Part shown: piece by piece, positions 43,701 to 56,300 of the stretch
How positions within the stretch are numbered: the stretch's first letter is position 1
How the letters are laid out: each line of letters starts with the position of its first letter
Assembly (NCBI RefSeq): GCF_000150275.1
Contig: NW_002060958.1
Coordinates: 1,134,088-1,198,087, forward strand
DNA from: Trichoplax adhaerens
Lineage: Eukaryota; Animalia; Placozoa
Length of the DNA: 64,000 nt
Direction: 5' to 3'
The notes under the pieces: generated by a model
What the model saw: only the letters and a program-made list of their open reading frames with translations
Database searches by the model: none
Told to the model about the DNA's origin: nothing
Program-made: the position numbers and the translations under genes

Positions 43701-46700
43701 GTAAAAATTTAAACACTAGATTAAATACAACACTTTGTCAAACCATTAATTTATAATAGCTCTATGAACTGTTGCATGGTATATAAAATGCAAAATAGAA
43801 ATTTTTTATGATTCATCAATGTAGCAGTTGGTATCGTTTTAGAATGTACATATTCTAGCATGAAGTAAAGTTAGGATTTTAGCTGGGATTATAATATTGA
43901 ATCATTTATTAATACATTCGTAACACATTAATTTAAAGAACAGAAGTGCATAACATTCATGTTGCATTATTGTAAGTGAAAAAAGAGAAGCTCAACATAC
44001 AGTATTTTTAATGTTGGAATACCAGCAAAGTCGCTTGCACGGATCGTCAGTAAAAAATTTTCACTTAAATCTCTAATATGGTCCATATAGTTAGATAAGA
44101 GGACAATATACGGTATAAAATATACAGAATAGGCTTTCCAACGTAAATGTTTAAATGATTGATAAATAAGCCAGATAGTAAGAGAATTACAAATATCAGT
44201 GATGTACATACAAGGAATATAAATTGTCAAGGCCTTTAAAAGCATTCGGCTGTATGTGACTGATGCTATTCAGAGGTAAATTCCTAAGCAGATTGAAGTC
44301 AGAATTGTAAGAATATCGCAATCCATATCGTATTATTGACTTCACAAAAGAATGATTTTTATTTTTTCAGCTCTAGTTTTCACTTAAGTGACTTTTAGAC
44401 TATATTTCATCTCACCATGTGTCACGGTAGTGAATCTACCGTGATGAATGATATCTTACTTAATTTAGACATGTATATGTATCACGTTAAGATAGTTATT
44501 AATTTGGATATGTGCATGAATTACTTTATGACTTAATATAGCCGATACCAACCTGTTCCTAATACAGGTTAAATTATACTAAATATAGTATATGAATTGT
44601 CAATGGTAAATTCAATATAAATCCTCTTAATTACAAGCTAGAGAAAAAATAAAGTTAATCTATAGCAATATTACAAATTCATTGGATTAGACTAGGAATA
44701 ACTTAATGTATTCACGAAGTCTTATTAGTAGAAATATATCACACATCATAAACCAGTTTAATGGCTAGAAAAGCTATTTAAATGATTGATTTTGAATATT
44801 AAATTAGACTTGCATTTTCTAGAATAAAGATATAGTTAGAAGATTCCGAAAGTGCATTTCTCAGTTATTGTTGCTTATTTAGGGTAATCTAATTAGTTTA
44901 GATTAGGCAAGTTTAGTTAAATAACACCATGGTAAACTCTTACGTGATATAGTGCAAAGTACATACAAATTCCTTAGATTCTTTAAGCAATTTAGCGTTT
45001 CGTTTTGAATCATTTTCATAGCGTTTCCTTCCAAAAATCTAGATAAATAAACATTAGCAACCTCTAAATGCCATAGTTAACAATAGAATTACAATTTATC
45101 ATCTAACAAGGTAATCAAAATCTCGCTAAAAATATTAAAATCTTTTTATATCAGTTCATTACAAGTTTTGTAGAGCAGTTAGATTGCAGAGGGTCCTCGG
45201 ATTGATCTTTGTTAAAAAGTTGTTACCCAAATATCTATTTCAAGTTAAAAATTGATGGTTGTTAAGGTTGTCTGATCGTAAAATACTATGCTTATTTTAT
45301 TTTAGATTGCTAATATGAAATAGGTATAGAATTATTCCTTATGATTTTGAAATAAAAACTGAATTAAAGTTAAGATAAGTTAAGATACTGAATTAAAGTT
45401 AAGATACTAATACTAATAGTAATTTTAAAATTGATCTAGCAATATCATTGATCTTGCCATTCTATGTTTAACATTATCCGATAATTTTTAATGCATAGAA
45501 AACTTACAAGCTCTTCAAATTAGGATTTAAGTCAAAATAATTCCTGTCTACTTCGATCAAATGATTCTCAGAGAGGCCCCTATAAGCATATTATTAGTTT
45601 TGTAAAGTCAACAAATATTAATCGCTCAGTGCATAGATGAAAATAAAATACATTGATAATAAGTTCTTCTATTTTAATGAATTAATTTCAATTCAACAGG
45701 TATTCATACTATATCTTACAATGTTATTAATGAGTTTAAATGCCGAAAGGAAATCGTGGCTACATAAGCGATAAGGTTGTACGCTAGATCTCTGGAAGAA
45801 ATCGGCTATTTCGTTAGTGTTGGAATACATCATAATGACATTGATTATGTATATAAAATGCTAATATCTTTATAAGTTGATAATTTAAGGCAGAAATCTG
45901 TAGAGATTGATGCCAGACTTGGACTAAATTCTCAGTTAATAGCTAAAAATTGGAGAAGTTTCCTAATCTATAGTTTAACCTACAAGCACCAGTTATGATC
46001 ATCTTAGCCTAATGATTATTAAATTAGAATAAAGTGCTAATAATATAATTGCTTTCCCGTGGCGTACAAATATTTCAGTTTGGTTAAACAGTTAAAAGTA
46101 TTTTGGCGTATTTCCTTTATTTGGTTGCCAAACAGCACCCTAAAGGAATATTGATGGGAAGAAAGTTAGTACCCAATCTTTAACTATGATTAAAATGTCG
46201 TAATATTTCTATGCCAAACACGTACAACAATTCAAGACTATTTAAGCCACTAAATAGTGCATCCGGGATGGTTTTAATGGAATTAAAGCCAAGACGTCTA
46301 TGAAGTTTATTAATGGAAAACAAGAATATAGATGTTAATGTTGATATAATTTCTACACATAAACCGCATATCTCAAGATATAAATAAGCATTAGTTGCGC
46401 TGGTAAGTTGAAGTAGAACTATAGCACTGTATTGATCAGATATGCAAATATAATATTAGTTAACAAAACGATGTGATCATGGAAAGCAGCCATGTTTATA
46501 TAAGCATTTTTTCTTAGTGTGCAAATAACATAAAGAACTCTTTTGATGCAAAATGGAATTGAAAATATAAGTTGTAATTGAAGGTATTACTGCTAGAAGC
46601 TGAGTATATTTCTAAATGTAAACACACAAGCCCATTATTTACTGCATCGTTAAATCAAAATGGCTCTGTTAATCCAATAGCGAAATGAAACTTCAGCTTG

Positions 46701-49363
46701 TAAGCTAGCAGAATTAATTATGAAGAGAATCTCAAGCATTCATTTATAGCGTAAATAAAGGTAAATAGCTTCGTATAGGCGACATTGAAATCAGAATTCG
46801 ACTTGTAAATGCATAGATAGTAACAGAATTGACTAGAAAGAGATACTTAAGCATCCATTTGTAGTAAAGGACTAAAAGCAGAATTCTTTATAGCTTTTAG
46901 TATGTAACTATTATTACTTTACTATAGAAAATAGCTAGAAAGTGATAGTATCATTAAGTTTTACCCTGCCAAATCAGAGAAAGGGGATTTATAACGTGAC
47001 AGTAAAGTAGTGTAATGTAGGTTATAATCGTATAGTTACTGTACAACTTCATGATAAAACATCAACTGTCGATTTCCTAATGTCAGAAAAGTAATCATAG
47101 TTGTTATTTAAAATTTGTTAATAATCAGAAAATTTAGAGGAGAGAGTAAAAGAAGATTCTATTGAAGAACTTGTTGAATTTTAAAGTCCTTCAGGGTCGA
47201 ATTATTGTAAGTGAAAACGTTCTTCTTTTTGTTAGGTTGTTTGCTGACAGCTTCAGTTCTGTGATTTTTTTATTTCTTCATTTTTAATGCTTAGAATTAA
47301 GTATTTGAAAGGTTGTTTGAGCTATCTCTCTAACATTTTTTTCTTAATAAATTGTTGTTCGGTTATTTCCCCCAATTTTTTTTGATGTCAAAGTTTCGTT
47401 ACGTCAACCAGAGTGCCACGAAAGTAGAATTAAAGTTTGTTAAAAGTTGTGTAGCTTGATCTCTACATTTTATATTTCATCATATATTTGGTGTATAATT
47501 AAATGTAAATAGCTCCTGTAATGTAACTAGTATTGTGATTGTAGACTGTTAGCCATATTTAGTATAATATGCGGTAGATGTTTATCCTAAGAGATATTTG
47601 GTAGCTATAACTATAGACTGTAGTGGTAGAGACTCTATGCTAGAGTACACATGACTATATACAGTAAGGTGTTGAGTTACTAATAAGGCTATAGGTAAAA
47701 ATAGAACTGTAAATCATGTATTAGGATATGGTTAATTCATTGTACTTTGGCTGGTGTGAATAATGTCTACGTAAGTACTGTAGTCGTATCCATATTGGAT
47801 TAATGATGGTCCGCAGTAGAATAGTCTTACTAAGAATAATTTAACAATGTGTAAAATAAGGTAAAAGGTTGACATGCGGATTGTAGCTGCGAATGCTACG
47901 AAAAGTATAAAATCATACAACTTTAGATTGTTCTGTTAGTTCGTTGTAGAAGTCTTTAGTAGTAGTATTCTGCTAGAGTAGAGCTGTGATTAGTTAATCT
48001 TTGTATAAGATTGAATAAAGCCCTTATTTTTCTAAAATTTGGAATTTCGTGATTGGTATATATCACAGCTCCGAGATAAACATGAATGGCTTTGCTAATA
48101 CCAATTGAATTCGAATACAACGATAGATAGATTGCTACAATATGTGATTGCTCTAATTTGAGTAATTATTTAGAAATAATGGTAAAAGCATTTATGATGA
48201 GTCAGATGAAGGTTATGAACCCGTTGAAGGAAATAAAAAAACATATTAGACAGCTTTGGCAACTAGATTGCTACGGCAATCATTTATATTAATAAATTCT
48301 ATTCTACAAGCAAAATCCACCTATAACGGGAATTGTATGTATCAAACAAGTAATAAATAATATTATCTATTATACAAATTAAATTTAGATTTAGCTTACA
48401 AGAAACGTAAGTTAACCAAACAAGCCAAGCTACTTTTGTTTAAATTTTGTAGAAAATTGTATGTTAGAGTCCTGGATGATATTTTTAAATGCGGGTATAT
48501 AAAATAGGTTAAAGGAGAAAAAAACAGATAATTAACTTTGCGTTAAGTTTTAAATTATCAAAGAACTACAGACCGAATAAGATAAAATTATATAACTTAC
48601 AAGCTGTAGATTTTTGTAGCATTACAAAAAGAGTTTGGTTCAATCCGTGAGATTGTGTTTCTTTCGAATTTACTGCGTTTAGCGTAGCCATTAGTATTAA
48701 CAAGATATTGTAATAGAAATTTCAATGCAATAATGAATTTTCTATTTATGGTTGGGTCATAATGCAAATAATTTTTGTTATCTTAGCACAATATGCTTAC
48801 AGAACTCTGATATTAGGGTACATGGTGAAATTTTCTGCCGCTATAGCCGTTAGATCGGAATTGGTTATAGATCTTGAAGATGAGAAGATGAAATTATAAT
48901 TCTCAGTTACAGGAACACTCTGAGACCCAATCATTATCAAGTATTGTTTTAGTCTATGGCTAAATAATTCTGCTCCAGTTCAGATCTTATAAACTTGATG
49001 CATAACGAAATACCGTACATCGATTTTAATAAAACTTACATTGCCAAAATTGCTGTTGCTGTTGTATTTCTTGAGGGAATGGTTTTCATACTCCCATATT
49101 TACAATTGATAATAGTATTGGAGCAGGTACAGAGCTTTGGACAAAGGCTAGAATAAGCTTAATATAAAATTACGATAAATTTATTAAAATCTTCTTACAA
49201 GGTTGCATATTATTGTCATAAATAGGCTGTATCTAAAGCCTTTTTGAAATCATAAAATTCAAAGTTTAGATACTTCGAGTTTAATATTTTACTGTTACTT
49301 ATTCAATTTACCCTCTGGTATATCAGCTAATGCAATGACCACAGCAATAAAAATAATCTTCAT
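28754..49363 (-). CDS. Giant LRR-containing GPCR A (RXFP/GRL101-like LGR), ~48 exons, ~1470 aa
   Basis: Signal exon 49363-49312 (MKIIFIAVVIALADIPE). LRRNT exon 49157-49040 (LCPKLCTCSNTIINC). About 45 phase-2 LRR exons of 63-84 nt, mostly 72 nt, from 48872-48801 down to 30556-30485, with the xLxxNxIxxI...FxxLxxLxxL pattern. Terminal exon 29765-28754 has the YLCC...C...SSCQQLL hinge and 7TM motifs NLAISDLLMG, DRY, SDLLCWLP and NSAVNPFLY. Confidence 0.9.
32235..32864 (-). mobile_element. Solo-LTR-like element, 630 bp; inverted copy of 37588-38218
   Basis: TGTCACA...TCTCA on the + strand; TSD AGAAG (32230-32234 and 32865-32869); on the - strand TATATAAA (32440-32433) then AATAAA (32417-32412); reverse-complement similarity to 37588-38218 along its length. 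Confidence 0.9.
35219..35330. repeat. Perfect 51-bp direct duplication, period 61
   Basis: ACCTATTTTGATATTTAATAATACTAAATTAAGCAGTTACTTCTCTAAAAA at 35219-35269 and 35280-35330; intronic. Confidence 0.9.
37588..38218 (+). mobile_element. Solo-LTR-like element, 631 bp
   Basis: TGTTACA...TGTGACA termini; TSD CGGAA (37583-37587 and 38219-38223); AATAAA at 38035; same family as 32235-32864. Confidence 0.9.
44420..44926 (+). mobile_element. Solo-LTR-like element, 507 bp
   Basis: TGTCAC...ATAACA termini; TSD CCATG (44415-44419 and 44927-44931); TATTTAAA at 44775 and AATAAA at 44823. Confidence 0.85.
47517..48067 (+). mobile_element. Solo-LTR-like element, 551 bp
   Basis: TGTAAT...ATCACA termini; TSD GCTCC (47512-47516 and 48068-48072); TATAAAA at 47906 and AATAAA at 48014. 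Confidence 0.85.
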
Positions 49364-50944
49364 AATCTTAATCAAGTTTCTTTGACTGTAAAATTAAAAT
49401 TATATTTGATTGAAAAGCTTTCCACGTTCACTTGATCCTCATATTGATGAGCTATATCATATTGAGACTAACTGTATTTCACAAATAAGATCAGACTTTT
49501 AGAATTAATTAGAAAAACTGGAGTAATGTAATAATCCTTCAGCCCCCATATTTAATCCGTATATAATCTCCTAGTCGTATTGATATATAAAAAATGAATC
49601 CTCTTCTATGCTAACTTACGCCATTAGATAGCCTAAAAGTGGAAATTGGTTCTTCTAGCTTATAGCATTCGCCAGTTGTTGTATAATGTTAGCTGCAGTG
49701 ATTCTCTCAGGATAATTACAGATATACTTTCTTTTTATCAATTTGACATTATGTTAATGAATATCCAAATTCACTTATGCTCATAAAAGTGCTAAAATAT
49801 GCTAAAAATACATGACCTTTAGCCCTTTATTATTATTATACCCAAAATCTTGAAATAGAGGATGGCATGGAAGAACTATAACCACTGTTTATTGTTGTTG
49901 TCTGGATTATTCGGCTATAATTATTTATGAATTCAATAAGTTTCTTTGTATCTGTAAAGTAATCATTTTAATTTACCCTACATATATTTCTAGTCAGACA
50001 AAGTCGAGTCTATTTGTCTTTACTTCCAATTCTAATTAAAATAGATTTCAAAATAGAACCCGATGAAGCAGACTTGAATTCGCTTCTAGTGAAATAATTC
50101 TCTATAGGACAATAAATAATTTTCAGCCTATGTGAATTAACGAATATCTTGAATCAATATTACCTATTTTATCATGTTTAATCCAGAGTCTAGTCCATTT
50201 TATTTTTTCCTAATCTGTTTGTATTACGTAATGCATTCGATCTGATATTAACTATAACTTAACTGAGCTAAACATAAGTTTCTTGATCTTCAAATTACAA
50301 TCCTACGCGTAATCACTTATGTCTATGGCTATTCAATGATTTCTTTATTACATATTGTTTATCCATAGAATTTAAATTAGATATAGTCTAGTCCATTCTA
50401 TCCTGATTTTAATTTGAATTCAAATTATTCGATAGTGCGTATTAATTTCATCTCTACAATTGTTTACGGAATAAGGTAGCTGATATTAGAAAAGTAAATA
50501 AATCAAGGTTGATTGTACAGAAGCAAGTAACATCGTCATGTAATGTAAACCTTATAAAGTCATTTTAAGCTTAAGGCAGAAGTAATTATGAGGACTTTTT
50601 TATTTTTCATAATGATTATAAAAGGAAATAACAGATTTGCTTATGGAAGCACGATCAACTTAATTTATTCATAATTAATCGAATGACGTTAAATTAATAA
50701 ATTAGATATAAAATTTCAAAGGCAAGAAGATCATATTTATTGCCTAGACAATAGGCTTGAAAATAGGCTTTTAAATTCCAAAATATTGCCTTCTAAGATT
50801 GAAATCTACTCGCGTCGTTATCAGCATGATTTCTAAATTAAATCTTTTAATGGTAGGAGCATTGATCTTGCATATACTGCTGTGGCTATAATTATTGGCG
50901 TGATCACAAATCTATAAACTGTATGTATTACAATAGTAATAAGG

Positions 50945-51307
50945 TGTTACAAATAAAAATTTGTAACTTAAAAAGTAGAACTGTTAATTATAGAAGTAAC
51001 ACTACCCGCTTGCTATTAGGTTGGTCCTACTTGGCATTTGACAACAACACGGCTCTAAATCCTGATGATAGAAGGTCTTTGGGAGCTACAGTAACATCAT
51101 TAGTCTCTTTAGACAAACTGAACCCAAACTTTATTGAAAAAGGTAATCAACTTATAGTAAATCTATGTAAACATTATTAATGCGTTTATTGACATAATTT
51201 TGTAACTATGCACTTACCTATTAAAAGAACAGATAACGTCATAGATAATGTTATGTTATCTGACGTAAATAAGATAACTTTTTTGTCAGAAAAATCACCT
51301 CGTAACA
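50945..51307. mobile_element. Solo-LTR-like element, 363 bp, intergenic
   Basis: TGTTACA...CGTAACA termini; TSD TAAGG (50940-50944 and 51308-51312); orientation unclear (AATAAA on the - strand near 51130). Confidence 0.75.
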
Positions 51308-53396
51308 TAAGGAAATCTATTATAAGTCTTTGTAAATTTTAGATACTTTACTGTGATAGTGTCTTATCATTAATCTAGTAAGATTTTGATTACCTATTTA
51401 ACGTTATTTCAGTGTATTCGTAAATCAGTTTTTACGAATAGATTCTTGCGTAATCTTACCACTGAAGTCGCAATTATGATCTATTTTAGGGTTGTTTTGT
51501 ATCCCGTAAGTTAAATGTCTAATATCCTCGACATCTATTCTAATGTATTACTCATTTGAATCCTTAATAATACGTCATAAAAAAATAAGAAAATTTGACT
51601 TTATCTAATTAAAAATATTATCAGAAAACAGAATAAAAATGTTTAATGAAAAATCCAGAAAGCAAATCGCCTTTCAATTCTTCAATAGGAATGCCATGAA
51701 CTGTTTACTGTTAGAATTGTTGCTCTTATTTTTTCCTTTTTAAATTCTCCAACGAAAATTCCATTACTGCTTACCGCTCAAAATTAATGCTCTCATATTT
51801 CCTTTAGTTTCAACTAGCCATGATATCAGTAACAAGTCAGTCCAATAATTTTGTATCCTTAAGGTAACTTTAGCACGGTCGTTACAAGTTCATTGAAGGC
51901 TTCTCTCAGTAAGTACTTCCTAATCCTATATTTCAGTATGATAAATACAAAACACAATAGGAGACGGGGAAATTCCGCACCTGGAAATCGTGCCATATAG
52001 TATACCGTAGCTAGACTAGATTGTACGTAGTTTGAGACTATAGATGTATCTATAACTGGATATTTTGGCGAAATAAAGTAATGAGTAGTTGCAGATTGAA
52101 GCCTTGACTCTAAGTTTGATCTTACTATAAATTAGGCATTGTCCTACAGTTAAGGTGGTCGAATGGAATTCATCTAGATTAATATTTTAAGATGCTAATA
52201 TCGATAGAGCGATATGTAGTAATGAAGAAATTACCCTCTCACTCATATTGTGCTAGTCTACTGAGACTGATCTTAGTCTGTAGCTGGCTGAAACCGATAG
52301 TATTTCACCAGCATGATTCATGATATATCTTCGGCAACTCGAACAGATGCAGTATGGAATTTGAGGCCTAATTGTAAGTATCTAATTTTGATAGAAATTT
52401 AAACCTAAATTTATTAACGTGTATCGCTTTCAGCTCTTTCGATCGGTATATGTAGTAAAAAAGTTAAACATGAAACATTGGCTATTTGTTGCAGGTTTTT
52501 TATTAAAGTTTATAAGTGTGTTGAAATTAGCTTTAGGAATAGAAAGAAAAGAGAACAGGAGAGCATGTAAATTGGAGTATTGTTTTTATATGCGCTTAAT
52601 CAATTTACCGATGCTCATTCAATGGCGAGCTAAAGGTGTATCAGTGGATTGGCTATTTTCTCTATTTACTAAGCAAGAAAGGGAAAAATTGAGAGCAAAC
52701 TAACGAAATGACTGGTGGGTTTGCTTGTCTATAGCTATGATATGTAATCTATTTTAATAGAAATTGATACAATATATCAAATCAATAAATTTTATCCTAT
52801 TTTGTATCAATTTATTCATGAATACTGTCTTAGATTAAGTGGCAAAGTTCTTAAAAGCAAACAGAAAAAGGAGATTATGCGTCAGTGAACGGAATATTTC
52901 TTGCCAATGTTAATGCCAAATTTAAAATTGTAACTGTAGCACCTTCAATTTTCTTGCTGCACAAACAAGGGGCATATAACAATAGTGTTAAGAACTTGAT
53001 AAAAATTGATTAACATTTATAAAATTCGTAGTGCATTAAAAATGCAAATTGAAGTGATAAAGCAAATGAAAAGCCATCGTGTCTTTAAATAATATCATTA
53101 TGGTAGGTTTAAAAACAATCATGTTCATAAACTTCGCTGAAACAAGATACTTATAAGAGAATATTACAGCCATGCTTAGCAGTTAAGATTGATCATTTAT
53201 CATAAGCTTATATGCTAACTACGATAATTCAAACGTGAATAAGGTGGATATTATCTGTTCTATTGATTGATTTCACAACAGTAACTACTATTGAATAATT
53301 GTATTCATCATTCATCTTAAGTTTTAGCTTTCATAACTAAAATATAGATTAGTTGTTAATTACTTGTCATAGTCATTGCTAACTCGACAGCAACTA

Positions 53397-56300
53397 CTAT
53401 TTCGTGCTTGAATTAGTCACATCCGAGCGATTAATTTGCGACAATTTTACCGAGGTACTTCTACTACCAGTAGTACTTCGACGACTTCTTCTGCTAAAGG
53501 TTTTTTGTAAAACCTCAATATTGGTGATCGTATATAGAAATGGATTCACGGCAGAGTTGATTGGCAGTGTCAATATGCCGATAAATTGTAAAGCTATAAG
53601 ATCAACCCTACCGGTCTGAATAAATCCTGATAGGTTAATATAATAATACGGCAACCAACAAATTAAATCGGATAACAATATCAATGATAATCGTATCGCA
53701 AGAACTTTGTTGTCATTTGTAGATGATTTTCTTATTCCTTTGCTACTTTTTCGTACTGCTATGAAAATGCATGCATAAAGAACAATCATGATAATCCAGG
53801 CTATCACTGTTATGAGTAAATAGGAAATCATCCAGATCATGTAATATAAATTTTGATAGTTATTTGGCATACACATGCTATTATAGGTGTATAATCGTAA
53901 ATAACCCGGTTGATCAATGCTGAAAATTGTCGGTACTGCAGAGAATGCAATACCTAAACTCCACATAAAGCCCATGACCGTCATTGCCTTTTGCAAGGTT
54001 AATTTCCTGGTGGAAAATGGGTAAACAATGCATATATATCGATCCACACTGATGACAATCATGATTAAAACTGATGTTAAACTAGACATAGCCACAAGGC
54101 CACAAGCAATATAACATACTGGATGAGATAGCCATGATTCGGAATCGGTACCGTACGTAATCGTTGAGTACATAATGTCAGCAATTGCAATGATTAACAG
54201 ATATAATCCCATCAGTAAGTCGGATATGGCTAGATTATTGATTAAACAGATTGGAACTGACTTCTTTTTGCCCTGATTTGTTGCATAATTCTGCAAGAGA
54301 ACAACGATGTTGCCAATCAAAGCTAAACTACCCACAATCCAAATAAAAGCCTGCAGCGAAAAGTGGGCTAATAAGCGTTGGCATGACGATAATATTTCCG
54401 AATTCATGCTTGGAGTGCATGTTTTTACTTTTGCAGGCACCATGCAGCATAAATATTCTCGTCTGCTTAGGCTGTCGGTTTATATAATGAAATGGCAGTA
54501 ATATAGATTAAATTAAAACACGATCAACTTAAATGGTCTTTACCAAATCCAAATATTAGATATAATATGTAAAACTTAGATAATCTAAGTGGTACAAATT
54601 GCAACGATACAATAGAAAGATGTAGGAATGATATCACACTATTGATATTATTTAAAGCTTTATTCAGCTAAAAAAATCGGAAATGATGATAATAAATCGA
54701 TCTGCTATACATACATTGTATTGAGATTAGGCGGCCCATAAAATGATTGGCTATTAATATAAGCTAAATAATTATCCTGCATCAACCTAAAGAAACGACA
54801 TTACCATATAATTTTTAGAAGGTATAGGGTTAAATTTCACTATTCGCAAACTCGATACTGTTTTATTTCTTTAATAAATCGAAATAAAACTATAATTTTA
54901 CCAAAGTAGAGATTTAAATGTCCGCAAAATTTCTTAAACATTATAAATAGAAACTACTGAATTATTAGAATGGGTTACAGATTTTGAAAAAGGATGCGGT
55001 ACTTACAACGTTTCTAACTTGACCAATCCCTTAAAACATCGTTCACTGATCGATTTAATTCGATTCTTTCTAAGATCACTGCAGTAACAGAATAATTATC
55101 GCAGAATAATTATCACCACAGGTATTCTAATAGAAAATATTTATGACTTATTGAAATTTATTAAATTTATATATCGAATAATCACTCAACTGTATTTATT
55201 AGTGAGTCATTGCTATCAAATAACTATGACACTCTGTCTCTTTATTCTATTCTAATAACGAGGCAAGTTCTATGGATTGCTAGTCTATCATTAATGTCTC
55301 TCTTTGTGAAGAAATTGTTTTTCTAGTTAGTTTATTGTAACTTTCGATGACTACGTTCGCGAATGAATGAATCTAAAAAATTAAAATTGCCTTTATCTAG
55401 AGCAATGAATCAATTGGGAAATAGGTCTTACAGCTTTTTAAGGGCTGAAAAATAGGTTCCAAGATTTTGATCGCATATGCCAGAAATCTTATTACTGGAA
55501 GCGTTTCTAGAGTTCAAAGTTGAATTATAAATAGATTAATAGCTGCTGAATGGTTATAAATGTAGCCCAGAACTATTTTACTTGGAAGAGATTTAGCATT
55601 AGACAATGAGTTTGGAATACACGTAAATACTTAAGCTGGATTTAGCTGTTAGAGCGATGGCATATCGGCATGAACAGAGGATTTTAAATAGTAATTTATA
55701 AGGTAGAGATCTATTAGTTACATCCATTAACATTTAAGAAAGTTCACTTCAGTCACAATTTGAAGCTTTGAGATTCTCTATCGATTATGTTTTATAATTT
55801 TACAGAAATAAAATTCTAGTTCTAATGAGCACAAGAACTATTACTGACATATATACAGCTTGCTTTATCTAATGAATTTATTTCTACATGCTCACAGCTA
55901 TAGTAAAAATCAATAAGCTGTTAAATGTGCTTCTTGATAATCAAAAAACCTTAACTTTTATAATTTAATCCAGTAAAATATCTGTAAATGGCTTAGAAAA
56001 GTACGATAAAATCATAAAATCGATCATTACAAGATCGATCGGAGACTAAATCCAATTCTTGATCATCAGAATAGGTCTAATTTTAATAACGAATTATGAC
56101 AAAATCATCCGTGGATACTTACAAAAACGAGATGTAATCGAATTGAGCCTTATTAAGAAAGGTAAAATTTTGCAATTTGTTTCCGGCAATCTCCCTATAA
56201 AACTCATTATCGTTGATCAATATTATAATAGCATGTAGACTACTATTTTTTCGACAGATACCGTACAGCAACTAGCATAGGAATATTTATGTTTACTGGA

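Noticed and set aside
37675-51180. Short ORFs at 37675, 47732 and 50923
   Set aside because: They lie within or overlap solo-LTR-like elements and have no protein motifs.
53404-54501. Plus-strand ORFs overlapping the receptor B 7TM exon
   Set aside because: They are antisense shadows of the coding exon, with no independent evidence.
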